Source of the DNA: Monocercomonoides exilis PA203 | Taxonomy: Eukaryota; Protista; Preaxostyla | Direction: 5' to 3' | NCBI GenBank assembly: GCA_001643675.2 | Contig: LSRY02000064.1 | Span: 124,001-188,000, forward strand | Length of the DNA: 64,000 nt | Shown: in pieces, positions 1 through 14,806 of the stretch | How the letters are laid out: every line of letters starts with the position of its first letter | Position numbering within the stretch: position 1 is the stretch's first letter | The notes under the pieces: model-generated | What the model saw: the letters and a program-made list of their open reading frames with translations, nothing else | Told to the model about the DNA's origin: nothing | Database searches by the model: none | Position numbers and translations under genes: made by a program

Positions 1-463
1 CAATTGTCAAAGAAATCAAATATGTTCGAGAAGAAAACATTCAAAACAAAATTTGCGCGTATAAAAAACAACATGGCATTATTGAACTCTTTGAAAAAAC
101 AAAATGTTGTCTGAAGCGGAAAAATCATTTCATTGTTTTCATTAAAATGAATAATTCATCAAATATATTCATTTGATGAAACTGATAGTTTACTATTACG
201 CAAGTTCATTGCTGTGATGTCATTGACGAGATATGCATCTAATATTAAATTTTTGTTATTTTCATTTGGAAGAAAAAAAGTCCTTTCAAATTTAACGCAT
301 TAAACATAAACGAAAGGATGAATATTTTTTCTTAGCTTTTCTTTACATGCTTTTAATATATATAAAATCATTATTCAATATGTATCGAGCACGAAAAATG
401 AATTGTTCCACTTCACATTCATTCGAAAACAAAATGGGGAAAAAAAATTGAAATAAGAAATTT

Positions 464-3400
464 ATGGATTCATTCTCAGTTCTTTTTTGATGTTGAAATG
501 CAAACTTTGATGTTTTTGTATCTTTTTCAGAATTATCAATGTTTTGATGAATTCTCCCAATATAAAAATTTCTTTTATTTTCATTGCATGCAGAGCAAAG
601 CTCATGAAGAAATATCTATCCGAAAAAATCGCACAACTGTAAAAACTTTTGATCAATCATTGGATATATTTCTTCGAGCTGGATATTCTAAAAAACATGA
701 AATAACAACAAAATTACTTCCTATCGCATTTGTGCCTTCAGAACCTAATGTGCTGAACGAACGAATAAGTATTTCGAAGGTCTGCTTTTTCAAAATTATC
801 GAGATATTTTATAAAAGTTTAATTCAACAAATTTTAAGAAACGCATAACAAAGCAATTATTTGATGCTTATTTGAAAAAGTCGGAGTTAGTGACTGAAAG
901 GTTTCGAAAATCCGCAGAAACTTGTAGCATCCTTTCAAAGAAGCACATGCTTTTTGCTACTGCTTCTTTGATATCCTCTAGACCATTTAACCCATCTCAT
1001 ATTCAATCATTATTGAGAGATCTGTGCAGATTGGAAGTCTATTTCCTTGAAACTTCTTCATTATTTTTTAATTCTGCAGCATATTTTTTGGAAAGCAAAT
1101 ACCAAACGCTTAAGAGCTTTGAGCAGCGGAAAAATGATTTGCCATTAGCAAGGATTTGTATCGATCCGCTTTTTGATTGTCAATCAGACAAACTTTTGCG
1201 AAGTTATTTCCGCCAAATAATCGGAATACGCCATAAATGCTATGTTATTGAACGCTCTGTAACAGAATGGACGAGAACTGTTGCAGAAGCATCATATAAC
1301 ATCCGAGCGATGCATTTGAGTCATCTAATAATGCAGAGTCAGCTACATCCTCAAGCAAGTTATTCCTCTCCTCAACAGGATCGACAGAATTCTCATCGTC
1401 AATCCGTTCTGAAGATCTCAAATTTCATATTGGATTCACTTCCAAAAGTTGAAAAGAATAATGTGAAGACTGAGAATTCATTATCAGTTTCAACTTCTTC
1501 TGCAAATTCCTTCTCTTCCGCAAATTCTTCTGCATTTGGGTCTGACTTGCCTCGTTCAGTTTCTTCGCCTTCATTTTTGCGGTCTGGCAGCTTTTTCCCG
1601 TCTGTTGAAGATTCAGCTGCAGCAGGAATGAGGAAGATTTTGATGGATGATCGCTTTGAAGAGGGAAAGAAGATAAGGCAGTGGGTGAAAGAGCAGCTGA
1701 AGGGAGAGGATAGAGAAAGAACATCAGAAGAAGAAACACAAAAGAACAAAAGAACATTTTGTGAAATAAATGAAAGTGAAAGAGAAAAAGGAATAACAAC
1801 TAAGAAGGAATTTAACTCTTCACAAGAAAAGAATTTATCATCTTTGCGATTAAATTCTTTGTATTCGTTGATTTCTTCTCTTTCTGATGAAATAATAGAC
1901 ACTCTCTTGAAACCACTCTCACTTAAACTGCCTCCTTTGATGAAATCTGCTGCCATTGATACCAAAAGTACCATAGAAAACATTGAAAATGATAAAGCTA
2001 GTGAAGATATCCGAAGTTTTGATGCATCTTTTCGGAACGCAAGAAATATTAGCAATTTTAATGCGCAGAATATTTTGCCAGATAAAGAAAAACTGTTGCT
2101 TGCTTCGGACTCTTCTTCTTCTATTTTGAGCAGAAAAATCACGAAATTTCCTCTTTCAGCAAAATTATCATTGGAAGCTCTTCTTCTCAAATCTCTTCTT
2201 CCTACTCTTATTCCATTTGTGTTGCTTCAGCCAGAAAATGATTTTTCTTCTGAATTTGCTTTATCTTCGCCTTTTGTTGGACAAATAGAGCAAACTGGTG
2301 AAGAGTCGCATTCAATTGTGAAATTGACTGAAAAAAGCAAATGTACAAGTATTATAAGCAAAGAACAAAACAAAGATTCATTGCTCATTCGAAATGCTGA
2401 TTCGATAAAGAATCTCAATCATTCCATGCCAGTTCAAACAAACCTTCACTCAATCCTCAGCCAACCTTATCAGCCTCCAACAAATAAAACCAGAAATCCA
2501 GTTAAACACACAGATTATCCTTCTTTTTGTCCATCTTCAGAAGCATTAGACACCTTTTTCATTCTTCAGCTCCGTTGGCTTCAGTTCCTCCCCTTTCATT
2601 CACTTCATGCAGCAGTCATTAAATATCTGATGCAAATGAATGAAATGGAAGAGAAGAACGCAGCAGCTGAATGGGCAAAGATTGAGAAAAAGAAGAGAAG
2701 AGAAGAGAGAAAGAGAAGGAAGATGGAAAGGGAAGAGGAGAAAAAGAGAAGAGAGAAAGAAATGAATATGATGAGATTCTTTGATTTTGACAGCAAAGTG
2801 TATTCGATTGAAAGAGAGTCGCAAAAGAGAGAGCAAATGCTGATGGCAAAGGAAGACAAGAACTGCAATGTTTTTTGTTTGAATGTGGAGTTAAAAGAAA
2901 CTTCAATCACACAAAAAGATTTGATAAGACAAACTGAGCTAAGCGCAATAAAAGGAAAATTGAAAGAAAAAATGAAATCTTCAAATAAAGTTGATGTCAA
3001 ACAACAGAACAATAAACCACAATTCATATTCTCACATCTTTTTTCTTCTTCGTCTTCGTCTTCGTCTTCGCCTTCTCATCCATTTAATCTTCCTTCTCCT
3101 TCATCAAACTCATCCTCTTTTTCAATGAAAACTCCGTCTCCTTCTCTTCACACGCTTTTTCTGTCGCTTTTTGTTCCTCCGCCTCCCTCACTCACATCAA
3201 CTGCACTTCATCTGGACTCTTTTCACCATTCAATTCTTAATCACCAATGCAATCAATCATTTTCATTGTCTTCTTCTTCTTCTTCTTCTATTTCTTCTTC
3301 TATCTCTTCTTCTTCTCTTCGTTCTTATCATTTTCCCAAACAGCCTTCTTTCCTGTCTCCTCTTTATCCTTCCTCTTCCTTCTATCTCTCTTCCTCTCTT

Positions 3401-6400
3401 TCTTCGTCTTCGAAGCACTGGAAGATGGAAACTTCGATTCCGCCTTGTTTTTCTCCTTCAGCAGCTGATCTTCAGCCCATTGTAAATGTAATGGACGAGT
3501 TTGGTTATGTAACAGGGGGAATTTCTGAAGCGGCGGATGCAGTCAAAAGGGGAATTAATTGGGACAGTTTAGAAGAATTAGAAAGAAGAGAATGTGAAAA
3601 TAAGCAAGATAAACAACAGGAAATAAGAAATTTATCAGATGAAGCCAACAATGTGAATTCCAATGCGATCAATCAACCAGAACTGCCCTCGTTGAATGAC
3701 AATGATTTCATTCCACCTTCTTTTATTTCTCTTCATTCTCCCACAACATCCACATCATCTGCATTTCACAGCTATTCCATTTCACATTCACTGCCAGCCA
3801 CTTCAGCCACTTCAAACAAGAGCTCGTTGGAACACACACACAACTCAGATGTTCCTTCGCTTCATTCTTTCTCTTCTTCTGCTCTTCCTTCGAATGCTTT
3901 GTCCTCTTCTCTTGTTGAATCACATACTATTTCTGTGTCTTCTACGAACTCAACATCATCTTCTTCTCCACTTTCTCCTTCTCCTTCTCCTTCTCCTTCT
4001 CCTTCTTTTCTTCTTGCTGTTTTTTCTTCAATCCCTTCTTTTCATTCACGTTCTCTCTCTTCACGTCATCTTCAATTCACTTCTCATTCTCTTTCATCAG
4101 TCGAGCCAATAACATCATCGCAATTATCATCATCTTCTTCTTCCATTCCTTCTTCTTTTCCCTCTTCTTCCTTCTCTTCCTCCTTCTCTTCCTCCTTCTC
4201 CCCCATTCACCCTTCCCATCTCCTCTCCTTCTTCCCTTCGCTTTCCTTCTCCTCTTCTTCTCCTTTGGACGACCTCCACCGCATTTCTGAGTCTGTTTCA
4301 TTGACACGCACAGCCGCCAAGCAGCTCATCCATCGAGAAGTGGAGAAGCAGAAGGAGATCGACAGAAAGAGAGAGGAAGAAGAGAGAGAAAGAGAAGCAG
4401 AGGAGGAGAAGAAGAGGGTGGAGAGGGAGATGAGAGAGAGGGCGAAGGAGAAGCTGAGGCAGGCGCGCATCAAACAGGAGAACGAGATGAAAGAGGAGAT
4501 GGAGAGGGAAGAGATGATTAAGAGGAAGAAGCTGAAGGAAAGAGAAAGAGAGTACAGGAAGCGGCAGATGAAGAAGATTAAAGAGGAAAGAAAAGCGCTG
4601 AGAAAGAGAAGGAAAGAGAGAAAAATGGAGTATTTGAACTTGAAGCAGATGATTGGCACAAAAGACCCCTTTTTGATGCGCCGCCCGCCGCAGATGCTGA
4701 CAACACCTTCGATCTACTTCCCAAACAGAAGAAATTCTCATTCTTCTTCCTCCTCCTCCTCTGCTTCTTCTTCTTCTTTGGATGTTCCAAGTATTTCATC
4801 TGTGCCTGCATCTTCGCTTCATCCTTCAATTAGCATTGCTCCTCCTGTTATGCTTTCATCCTCCTCATCCTCATCATCAATTTCTTCTTTTCCTTCTTCT
4901 CATTCACATTCTTCTTCATCTCCGTCTTCTCCTTCTGCTCTTCCTGCTTCTCTTTCTCTTGCCCTCTCTTCTTCCCAATATCAGTCAAGACAGCCTGCTC
5001 CTTCTGCTCCTTCTCTTCGGTCTTCAAACAGAAACGGAAGGAGAAATTTTTCCTCTCCTTCTTCTGCAGCTGGAATGAATTCTTCTTCTTCTTCTTCTTC
5101 TTCTTCTCTTCCTTTGCATCCGAATCTGCATTCTTCTCTTTCTTTTTCTCCGCTTTCACCTTCTTCACATGCTCTTCATTCACCTCATACACTTAACTCT
5201 TCACATCCTTCATTGTCTTCTTCCTCCTCCTCCTCTTCTTCTTCTTCTTTGTCTTCTTCTCCCAAATTGGACGATTCATCAGAAATTCCAAAGGAAGCAC
5301 GTCATTCAACAGCAAGATGTGTTCCTGGGGCTGGTAAATTGTCTGTTCCTGGTTTGACTTCATCGTCATCATCATCATCACCATCATCATCTCCTTCTTC
5401 TTCTCATTCTTCTCCTTCTCCTTCTTCTCCTTCTTCTCCTTCACATTCACATTCCCATCCTCACTCTCATTCCTCTCCTTCTCCCTCTGCTGATTCCACT
5501 CGTCAGACAATTGTTGCCCAGAAGAGACTCATCTCAGCCATTTCTTCTAATTTCATCGAAGACAGCAATTCAAACAAAACTCAAAATGAACCAGAACAAA
5601 CAGAATATTACGATGAACGATTCGAAGACGATACGCTTTTGCTGAGTGAAATGGCACAGAATTCGCACAATCATCGTTCTGGCTCTGCTGATTCATCGAG
5701 TCGCCATCTGATGAACAAGGAAGAGCTGATGGAGCATCTCTTTCAGCAGTCGAAGAAGAGGATGAAAGAGATACAGCAGCTGGCACCTCAAATGTGCGTC
5801 CCTTCTTCTCCTTCAGAGCTGATCAATAAGAAGAAGAAAGAGAAAGAGAAGGAAAAGGAGGAGGAAGAAGAAGAAAATGAAAGGAAAAATTTAACACTTA
5901 CCAGAATCAAAAATTCTAAAGACAATGCAACAAAAGAAAAAACCAGCCAAAACAAAGCCAAACACAACAAAAGCAGCGAAAGAACATCGTCTTCTGTTCA
6001 TTCATCACGCAAAAGCAGGATGCATCCACTCGATTCGCATCATCACGCACACACGCCAACACTTTCATTGAGACATCAGCAGACAGACATGCAGAAGTAC
6101 TTTGCACAAATTCGCCCTTCTTCTCTTTCTCCTTCTTCTGTCCAGGCAAGAATTCTGAAGGCAAAGGAACTGCCTGTAACAACTGATCATTCTCCTAATT
6201 ATAAATCGTCTTCTTCATCCGCTTCTTCTTCTTCTGTTTCTTCTTCTTCCTCTTCTCTTTCTGCATCGCCTCCATCTTTCCTCTCCTCCTCCTTCAACTC
6301 CACACACAACTGTATCCGATTTGTTCCCCTCTCTTCCACACTACCCCAGCCACAGTCGTTGTATTCTACCTCTTCCTCTTCCTCCGCTTCCTCCTCAATC

Positions 6401-9400
6401 CTTCTTCATGGCGCTGAGCATCTGTCTCCAAGTGTCAGTTCATATCACAGCAACACCTCAGAACTGCTATCTCCTCAAAGATCATCCAACTTCCAAACAT
6501 TCTATTCGTCTTCCCATTTGAAAGTGTATGACGAGGTATCTGACTCAGAATTGGACGATTTTGAAGGACTGATGGCAAATTCATACAGTCTTGAAGAGGA
6601 GGAAGAAGAAGAGATAGAAGAAGAGGTGGATGAAGAAAGGAAGACAAATAAGGAAGATACAGAAATGACTGAACGCACAGGGACATCTTACAGCACAGCT
6701 TATTCAACATTATCCTCTCACAACACTCACTCCACAAAAAACATCGTCTCTTCTCCTTCTTTTCGTTCCTCTCGCTCTTTCTATCTGTCTCACTCTCATC
6801 GGCATCTCATGCACCATCACAATCACAATCACAATCATCGTCAGGGGCATCATCAGTTCAATCACAGATCTCATAGAAATATGCTCCATTCGCTTTATTT
6901 GCCAGACAAGCGCTTGCTCTCTTCTTCTTCTGTTGCATTGTTTCCATTGGCTTCTCGTCATTTAACGCATTCAAGCACAAATGCATCTCTTTTGCCCTCT
7001 TGTCTTCTGCCTTCCACAGCAGCAGACGCAGAAATGACTGCAAAAGCAACACAATCATTTTTTGCTCTTTCTCACATTCGCAAACATGTATCGCAGAATT
7101 GGCATCTTTTGACTCCGCTGCATCTGACGCTGTTTATCTCTGCACTTATTCAGTCGATGATGACTACGCCTTTCACTACTGTTCGGTTTATATTCGCCTA
7201 TTTATTCCAGATGAATGGAGGAAGGGGCAATAGATCGTTTTGGAATGAAAAAAGAGAGAAGAATAAAAACGATGAAGTAAAACAAAGTGATGGAATGTCT
7301 TATCGTTCAAAGAGCAAAAATATCAGAAAACGGAAAACAGCTTCTTGTCAGAGTGATCAAGACAGTGACACACAACATTCAGTTTCCTCTCTTTCGTCTG
7401 CCTCTTCTCTTTCATCTTATATCCCCACCAGTGACATTGAAGCACTTCCAGATGATAAGAAGTATAGAATGTTTTATGTGGCAAACGAACATGGCAGTTT
7501 GCAGCAGATTGCAAAGCAGAAAACAACAGATGAAATACGATCAGAGATAAAAGAAGAGAAAAAAAGAGAGAGGAGAAGAAGAAGGAAAAGGAAAATGCGC
7601 AAAAAGATGTACAAAAAAAGATTGTTTGAAAAAATTCACAAGAAAATCAATATTTTGGAAAAATTACTTCAAGTTCCAAAAGGAAAAGCTCTTACAGAGG
7701 GATATGACGATAAAGATGGAATGCAAAGCAGACTGGGAAAAGAAGCTGAGAACAATATTTTTGTTGAATCAGAAGAATCATCATCATCTTCTTCTTCTTC
7801 TTCTTTGTTGTCTTATTGCTTTGATGATAGCGATTCCAATGAAGAAGATTCTTGTTTTTCTTTTCTTCCATTTTTTTCTTCTTCATTCTCATCTTCTTTT
7901 TTCCCATTTTCAATTTCATTTTCTCATTCTTCTGTTCGCTCTCCTTTCTCTTTCAGTGTACCTTCAAACTCTCCCTTTTCCACTCTATTAGATAGACTGC
8001 CTCCTTCTTATCTACCTTCGTTGATATTCTTCATTGGAGCAATTGAATGCGTTATTTCTTTGACTTTGGAGTCTGTGATGGACAACTCATTGTTTGTCAG
8101 AAGTGAGAAAGATGAGGAAGAGATGGAGAAAGAGAAGGCTGTTAGAGAAAGGGCAAGACGGATTGAACTGCTTAGAAGAAGAGCCCAAAGAAGACAAAAG
8201 AAAGAGAGGGAGGAAGAAAAGAGGAGGAAGAAAGAGGAGAAGATTCCAGTTGTTATTACGCAAGAAAACGTAAATGCGCAAAAAGAGGTGATTGAAAAGA
8301 ATGGAGATAACAAGGAAAATGTTATGTCACCACAAGAAGAGAACGAAGACGATGATTTGGAGTCGATATTGTCTACGTTGTCGCGCAGGTTGGATGAAAC
8401 AAAGGAAAAGAAGAGAAAAATTAGAGCAAATAAAGAAAAGGAAAAAGAAAAAGAAAAAGAAAAAGAAAAAGAAAGTGAAAAAGATGACGCAAAGGATATT
8501 CAAATCGAAAATGAGAATCCCAAAGAACAAAGCTCAAAGATCGTAGATAACTATTGCTCAGAAAGCAAAACAATCGTTGAAATTGCAGAGAAACAGAAAG
8601 AAAAGAAGGAAGAACAGAAGTTTTTAATGCCACTGCCACGTCCACCACGCAAATCGAGAACACCTCCAACTGTTTCAACAACTAAAGAAAAAGCATCTCT
8701 AAAAGTTCAGCCATCGTCTGCTTCTTCATCCAAATATCAATCAGGCGATGATAATGATCTGTTTGATGGATATGAAGAACTGATGAGGTTGAAAGGGAAG
8801 TTAGTCGAAGATGAACCGAAGGAAAGTAAAGTGACTCAAGAAGATGATGAAAACAAGAAAAAGAGAGAAGCATCTGAAGGCAAAGCCAAAACCAAAAAGG
8901 GAAAGAAAGGTTCAAAAAAGAAAGGCAAAAAATCAAACAAGGAGAGAAAAGCTGCAGGCAAAGAAAACAGCATTCAAACTGAAGACAATCAAAGTGTTGT
9001 GTCACAAGCACAATCCACATTGTCAGATGAGTCAACGAAGACAAGGCAAACATCAGTCAGCTGCACTCACACTTACAAAAGCCGCAATTCTGCCTCAAAA
9101 GCACATTCGAGTGACAAAAAGCGCAGTCATAAATCAACTTCTTTGTGTTCATATTCTCTTCTTTCCAAGACACCCCCACCTTCTCCTCATCCTCCGTCGC
9201 CTACTTCGTCCTATCGGAGAGTGTCTTCGGCGTCTCCTTCTGCTTCTGCATCTGTTTCTCCTTCTGCTTCGGCTTCTGCTTCTTCTTCACAAAATGACAG
9301 CGTGCCAATCCGCCAGACAATTGCTGGTGCATCATCATCCCACAAATCCAGACGGCCTCCCATTCCAATCAGTTCAAAGGACATTCACAGCAAAGATTCT

Positions 9401-12400
9401 CGTTCTTCTTCGAATTCTTCAGCTGCTTTCGTTTCGCCTGCCAACAGACCCAATCGCTCGCCTCGCAGTCCAACATCCACTTTGTCTTCAACAGCACCTT
9501 CACACTTGTTTTCTCTATCAAACTTTGCTCCATCGACAAACACAATGAAGCTTCCATCTTCACCTTCACCTTCACCTCGCTCCCCTTTTCTCGAAATGAA
9601 CAGACAGATTTTTGTGGAAAATGAAAGCACAGCACAAACAAACAGCCAGAAAATAGAACAAAAATCGGTTCGTGCAGAAGAGAGAAGAAGGAAAGAGAGA
9701 AGCTTGTCGAATTCAACTACAGTGCACGAAAAGCATCTTTCTTTGGAGAAGACAGAAAATGATGAAGACAACGAAAGTGATGTGTCGTTCCGTTCTTCGA
9801 AAAGTTTAGCTTCGACCTGCAATTCAACAGCACTTGATGGTTCTGTTGTCGAATACAGCGTAGACAGAGAGAGTGAGGATAATATCAGTATGACTTCAAG
9901 TAAATTTGATATGTTGAAAGAAGCAGGAGAAGATGAGGAGGAAGAAAAGAAGGAGTTGGCTGAGCAGAAATTGAGCATCAAAAGCCACACTCTCAGCTTT
10001 TTGGAAAACGTTGTGCCAAAAATACATTCATTGTTGCCTTTTCATGTTGCAAACGGAAAATCAATGGAAGAGCCACCATCTTCTATTAATTCGATAGGCA
10101 AAGAAAAATCAAGAAAAAACAAAGCATCTCAATTCGCATCTTCTTCATCTTCTTCTGTGATACCTTCAGCTGGTTCTCATGCGAAAGCAGAGCCATCGGT
10201 TTTGTCTTTGTCACCAATATCGTCCTCGCATACTTCTTCCTCGCATTCTATTTTGAACTCTTCAAATTCTAATTCAACTGACAGCACGATAAGTGACATG
10301 AATAGCTCGCAGAATTCTTCTTTCCCAGTTTCAATGTTTTGTTCCTCTCCTTTCCTGCATTTTCCAGCAGACATATCCACCACATCTACCTCGTCCATCC
10401 TGGAGCACATTCACTTTATCTCACAATCTCTGCAACATTTCTGTAAGATGCCGATTACATTGGAAGAAGAACGATGGATGAGCCAAGAAAAGAGTAATGC
10501 TGAAGACAATGGTCAAAACAAAATTAAAGATGTGGCACAGAACAGCAATTACAAAGACGAAGTGAAAGATAAATCAGCCAATGATGCTCTTTTGATTCAA
10601 TCTTCGACAGTCACTGTTATCCAATATTCTTCTTCATTTTCTTCACCAACATTTCGTTTCCCTGTCAACATTCTGACTTCTTCCCTTTCTCTATCTCCTT
10701 TTCTGATTGTATCACCTTCTGTATCATCAGTAGACCTAACATCCACATGCTGTTTCAATTGCTCCACTGCAGTTTCAAAGATCACTTCTCAACGTCTTTC
10801 ATCTGTTCCATCAACTCAACAACAAACTGACCATGAATGCCTTCAAACAGATTCGATAATTTTGCCTGTTGGAAACTCGATGGTTGAAGAAGTTGATGTA
10901 ATTGGTGCAATTAATTCTAAGCAAATACTTTCGCTTTTCCAGTTTTTGAGGGAACATTTTCCACCTTTCATTGTCTATGTCTTGTTGAATGTCATGATCA
11001 ACAATACATATTCCATATTTTTTCAATCGCTTCAGCCAGAATTAGATTTTGCTTCTTCTTCTTCTTTCTTTTTGAGCAACTCTTTTTTCATTCATCTTCA
11101 GCAAAGCTATCCTTTTTCTTTTCCTTCTCCCTTTTTGATTTCTTCACCTCTTTACTCAGCAAGCCTGTCAGAAACTTATGTTTCTCCGTCTCCAACTGTG
11201 TTATCAGCATCTGCATCTGCAACAACTGCTTCCAAAATGTCTTCTGATAGAACCCCTTCACAAAATCCTTCATTATCGTTATCTTCAAATGCATCGATTG
11301 AAAATAAACGTTTGGGTACTGTTCCAATGGATGTGAACTCTTTGCCTGAAAGCTCAACAAGTTCCATTCAACAGACATTGACAGTTGAATATCCTCTTCT
11401 GATGGAGACAGAAGAAGAAAAAATGGAAAGAGAAAGCGTCATTTTTGCTTCGGAAAGGAGGAAAAAGAAGAAGAGAAGTAATCGAAAGATACAGAAAGAA
11501 AGAATTTCAGATCAAAAAGAGATGGATGAAACCAAAACTTTGGATTCAAACGAGAGAAGTGAAACAGAAAGTGATGAAAAGAATTCAGTTCTCAGTAGAA
11601 AAAGCAGAAAACGGAGAGAATTTGCAGATAATAGATTTAAGAATAAGTCTTTATCCACAAATGGCAAGGAATTACAATCACAAAACAATGATTCTGAAAG
11701 CATAGAAGCTATTTCAAATCATCAGATCGAGCAGAAAGGAAATAAGCACATTGTCAAAATATCTAACAGTCGAGAAACAGACAAAATGCACTCTACTTTG
11801 GCTGTGTCATACGAAAAAGAAGGAAAATATTTTGATGCAGAAATGTTTGATAATGTTTCAATGACACCTTCCTTGATGTCTTACACACGTTTTTATCCGT
11901 TTTCATTGATGGACTCAGAAAGCGATGGAGATGAAAAGAATGCAAAGAATTCGAATAAGAAAGAAGACGATAATAAAAGCCACAGTTATCTCAAAAGAAA
12001 AGAGAGAAGAAAAAGGAAAAGAACGAGTAATGGTTCAAATTCAGCAGGAAGGCATCAACATAAAGATCACAAACCAGATGAGAAAACAAATGAAATAAAA
12101 AATGATTCTCTTGAAGCATCATTGCCATCCTCTGCAAATCATTCTGCTGAATCTTCTCCAAAGTTTATTCTGTCTTCGTCTTCTCCTTCAAATCTATCTG
12201 ATTCTGAATGTTCCACCTCTTCATCCACTCAATCTTCTGCCTCTGATTACTTAAGTGATCAGTTGATCGAGTCTCCTTATTTATACACTTCTTCAGAGCC
12301 TTCTTCCTTCTCTTCCACCCCTGCATCTGATAGCCAAGATTCACATTCTTTTCATTCTTACTCTCGTTCTTCATCTCCTGATTTTTCTGATCAATCATTG

Positions 12401-14806
12401 CCATCGTCATTTTCTTCACATTCTTCTTTTTCTTCTTCTGAGCAAGGAAATGTTTCTTTGTATGCTTCTGATGAACTTTCAATGAGACATGTACTTCATG
12501 CTTCGCATTCAGTAACTCCTGTGGAAGATTCTTTGACAATTCCATCTAATAATACAACAAAAGATCAAAATACTAATTGCTTGTTAAAAGAAGTGCCTGT
12601 AGAATCTCAGAATGCTTCCTCCTCTTCTTCTTCAGCGGACGTGCCACGTGCTTTATCTCCATCTGTTCAATACATCTCTCCAAAAGTTGTTCTTCCTCCT
12701 CCTCCGCTGTCTTTGTACTCATTGGAGCAAACTGTGCCAACCAGTTCTTCTTCGTTGTCGTCTTCTTTGCCTTATTCGCCAATGTCACCAACAAAAAATG
12801 AGTCTACTCCATCGCCTTCTATCAACAAAATGTCACGAAGTGATCTTAAGCAGCTGCAAAAGAAACGAAAAATGAAAGAGAAGGAAAGGAAAATGAAAAT
12901 ATTAAGAGCGAGAAGAGAACGCAAAATGCAAAAAAGAAGAGCAAAAAAGAAGGCGAATGTGGATGAAATGAGTTTAAAAGGATTCATTGTTGGTGTGATT
13001 CGTCGATCTTCCCCTCAAAATGCAAGCTTTTCTCCTTCTCCTTCTTCTTCTTTTGATTCAAAAATGACATCACAAAATTTGAAATCTGATGTGATTTATC
13101 CTCTTTCTTCGTCTGCTTTTTCTCCTCATTTTACTTCTCGCACTCCGTTCCTCATTTCTGGCTATGCAAGGAACAAGCAAACTGCAATGGTACCTTTATC
13201 AAGAATAATCTCAAGCGATATGCAGATTAATACCTTAGCCAGCAAAGGCACATCCCCAACAATGTCGCACGCACACCGCAGTACGAAGGCTCCATTTTCC
13301 AAAGAAAAGCCAATCTCCAGTAGCAGCGCTAAGCTTTCTTTGGTTTCAGAGTTTGGTTCAGTTCTCAATGCATCCTCTTCTTCTTCTGCGTCTGTGCTGA
13401 TATTTGACTATTCTGCTGGATCATCAATGACTCTTCACCATGTTTGCATTCCATCTCTCGCGACAATTTCATCTTTTGCTGCGTTCTCACTTTCATTTGC
13501 TCCTGTTCCGTTACTTCCTTATCCACCTCCAAAAACAAAATTGTATTTTCGCTCCAAAGCTTCGCCGTTGGTTGGAGCAAGGCGATTAACTGTTTCCACC
13601 TCAGTTTCTGACTTGCATTTAGATCCTTCAGATGAAATGTTGCCTGATGATCTAAATAAAAGAAGAGGAAGACGCTTTTCCATCAGCGGAGACAATTCGG
13701 TGGGATTCTTCGAAGAAATATCGAAGCAGAACATGAGGGATGCAAACTTTGAAGGAGAAGAAGTTGAGTTTCTGGATGAAGTTGATAATATTGCAGAAGA
13801 AGGAAACAATCTAATTATGTGGAGAAAAAGGCAGAAGAGAAATTCAATAGATTTTGACTCGCAATACCTGCTGATTGATCGAGCTGAACAGATGCTTATT
13901 GCAAATGGAAACGAAATGGCAAGTTTTTCTGCTAATCTTCCATCGATTTCTCCTTCGTATCAAAATCTTTGCAGCTCATCTCCTTTTTCTTCAAACAGCG
14001 GAACGAACATGAGATATCATCAGAGTTTACATGAGGGATTCACTGAAGGCTCGATTGGATCTCACAATGTTCAATTTTATAGTACTGTTAATCCCACCCA
14101 GAATCCTAATTGGAATTCATGCCGTCAGAATTTACAAATACGAACGTTTCGAAAACAAGAAGACGGTTTCAATCATCAAACTTCGATTTATACAGATAAT
14201 GATTTTACAGCAAAAGATAGAGATCAACGCTTATCGGTTTCTCCATCTGAATCGTACTGTTTATCTCCTCGTGGCATTGCACAAAACACTCAACCATCAC
14301 TCGCAACTTTACCTTCTTTTCATAATCATTCAATTTCAAATGCATCTCTTGGAGCTTCTTCTTCATTTATTCAAGCAAGCAATCATCAATGCGAAGATGT
14401 GAATTTTCAGAAAAGAAAACGTTTGCAGTCATTTAGTGAAATTTTGAATGAAAGAGAAGCCATACAAAAGCAGACAAGGCATGGATTCTATCAGGATGAA
14501 TCAAGAAAAAGGATTGCAAAAGTGGGTGGTACTTATCTTAAAGAGGATTCTTCTCCAACAATGTATGCATCGCAAACTTCAATTGAAAAATCTGCAATTA
14601 GAAAAAATGATTACGAACTGGGCAAACAAACAGAAGGCCAAAAAATTGGCAGTTCAAGTGCTGAACAAAAAATTGGTGAAAAAGAACATAAAATATCAGG
14701 AGATATTTTCGTGGAAGTGGGAGAGTTGGAAGTATTGCCAACTGATATTTTGTTAAGTCTAGCTTTCAATCAAATTGCTGGGATGGATGAGTTCAAAGTA
14801 ATCTGA
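464..14806 (+). CDS. Giant (~4,740 aa) Ser-rich / Glu-Lys-Arg-rich low-complexity protein of unknown function. Probable exons 464-478, 531-779, 854-14806.
   Basis: Stop-free 13.9-kb ORF (872-14806). Phase-0 GT-AG introns 479-530 and 780-853 join ATG 464 (MDSFS|NYQCF...ISISK|QLFDAYLKK) in frame to the long ORF. No recognisable domain. The first small exon is the least certain. Confidence 0.75.

Noticed and set aside
1399-14756. Numerous short overlapping ORFs inside the giant Ser-rich gene
   Set aside because: Alternate-frame and antisense artefacts of low-complexity repeats.
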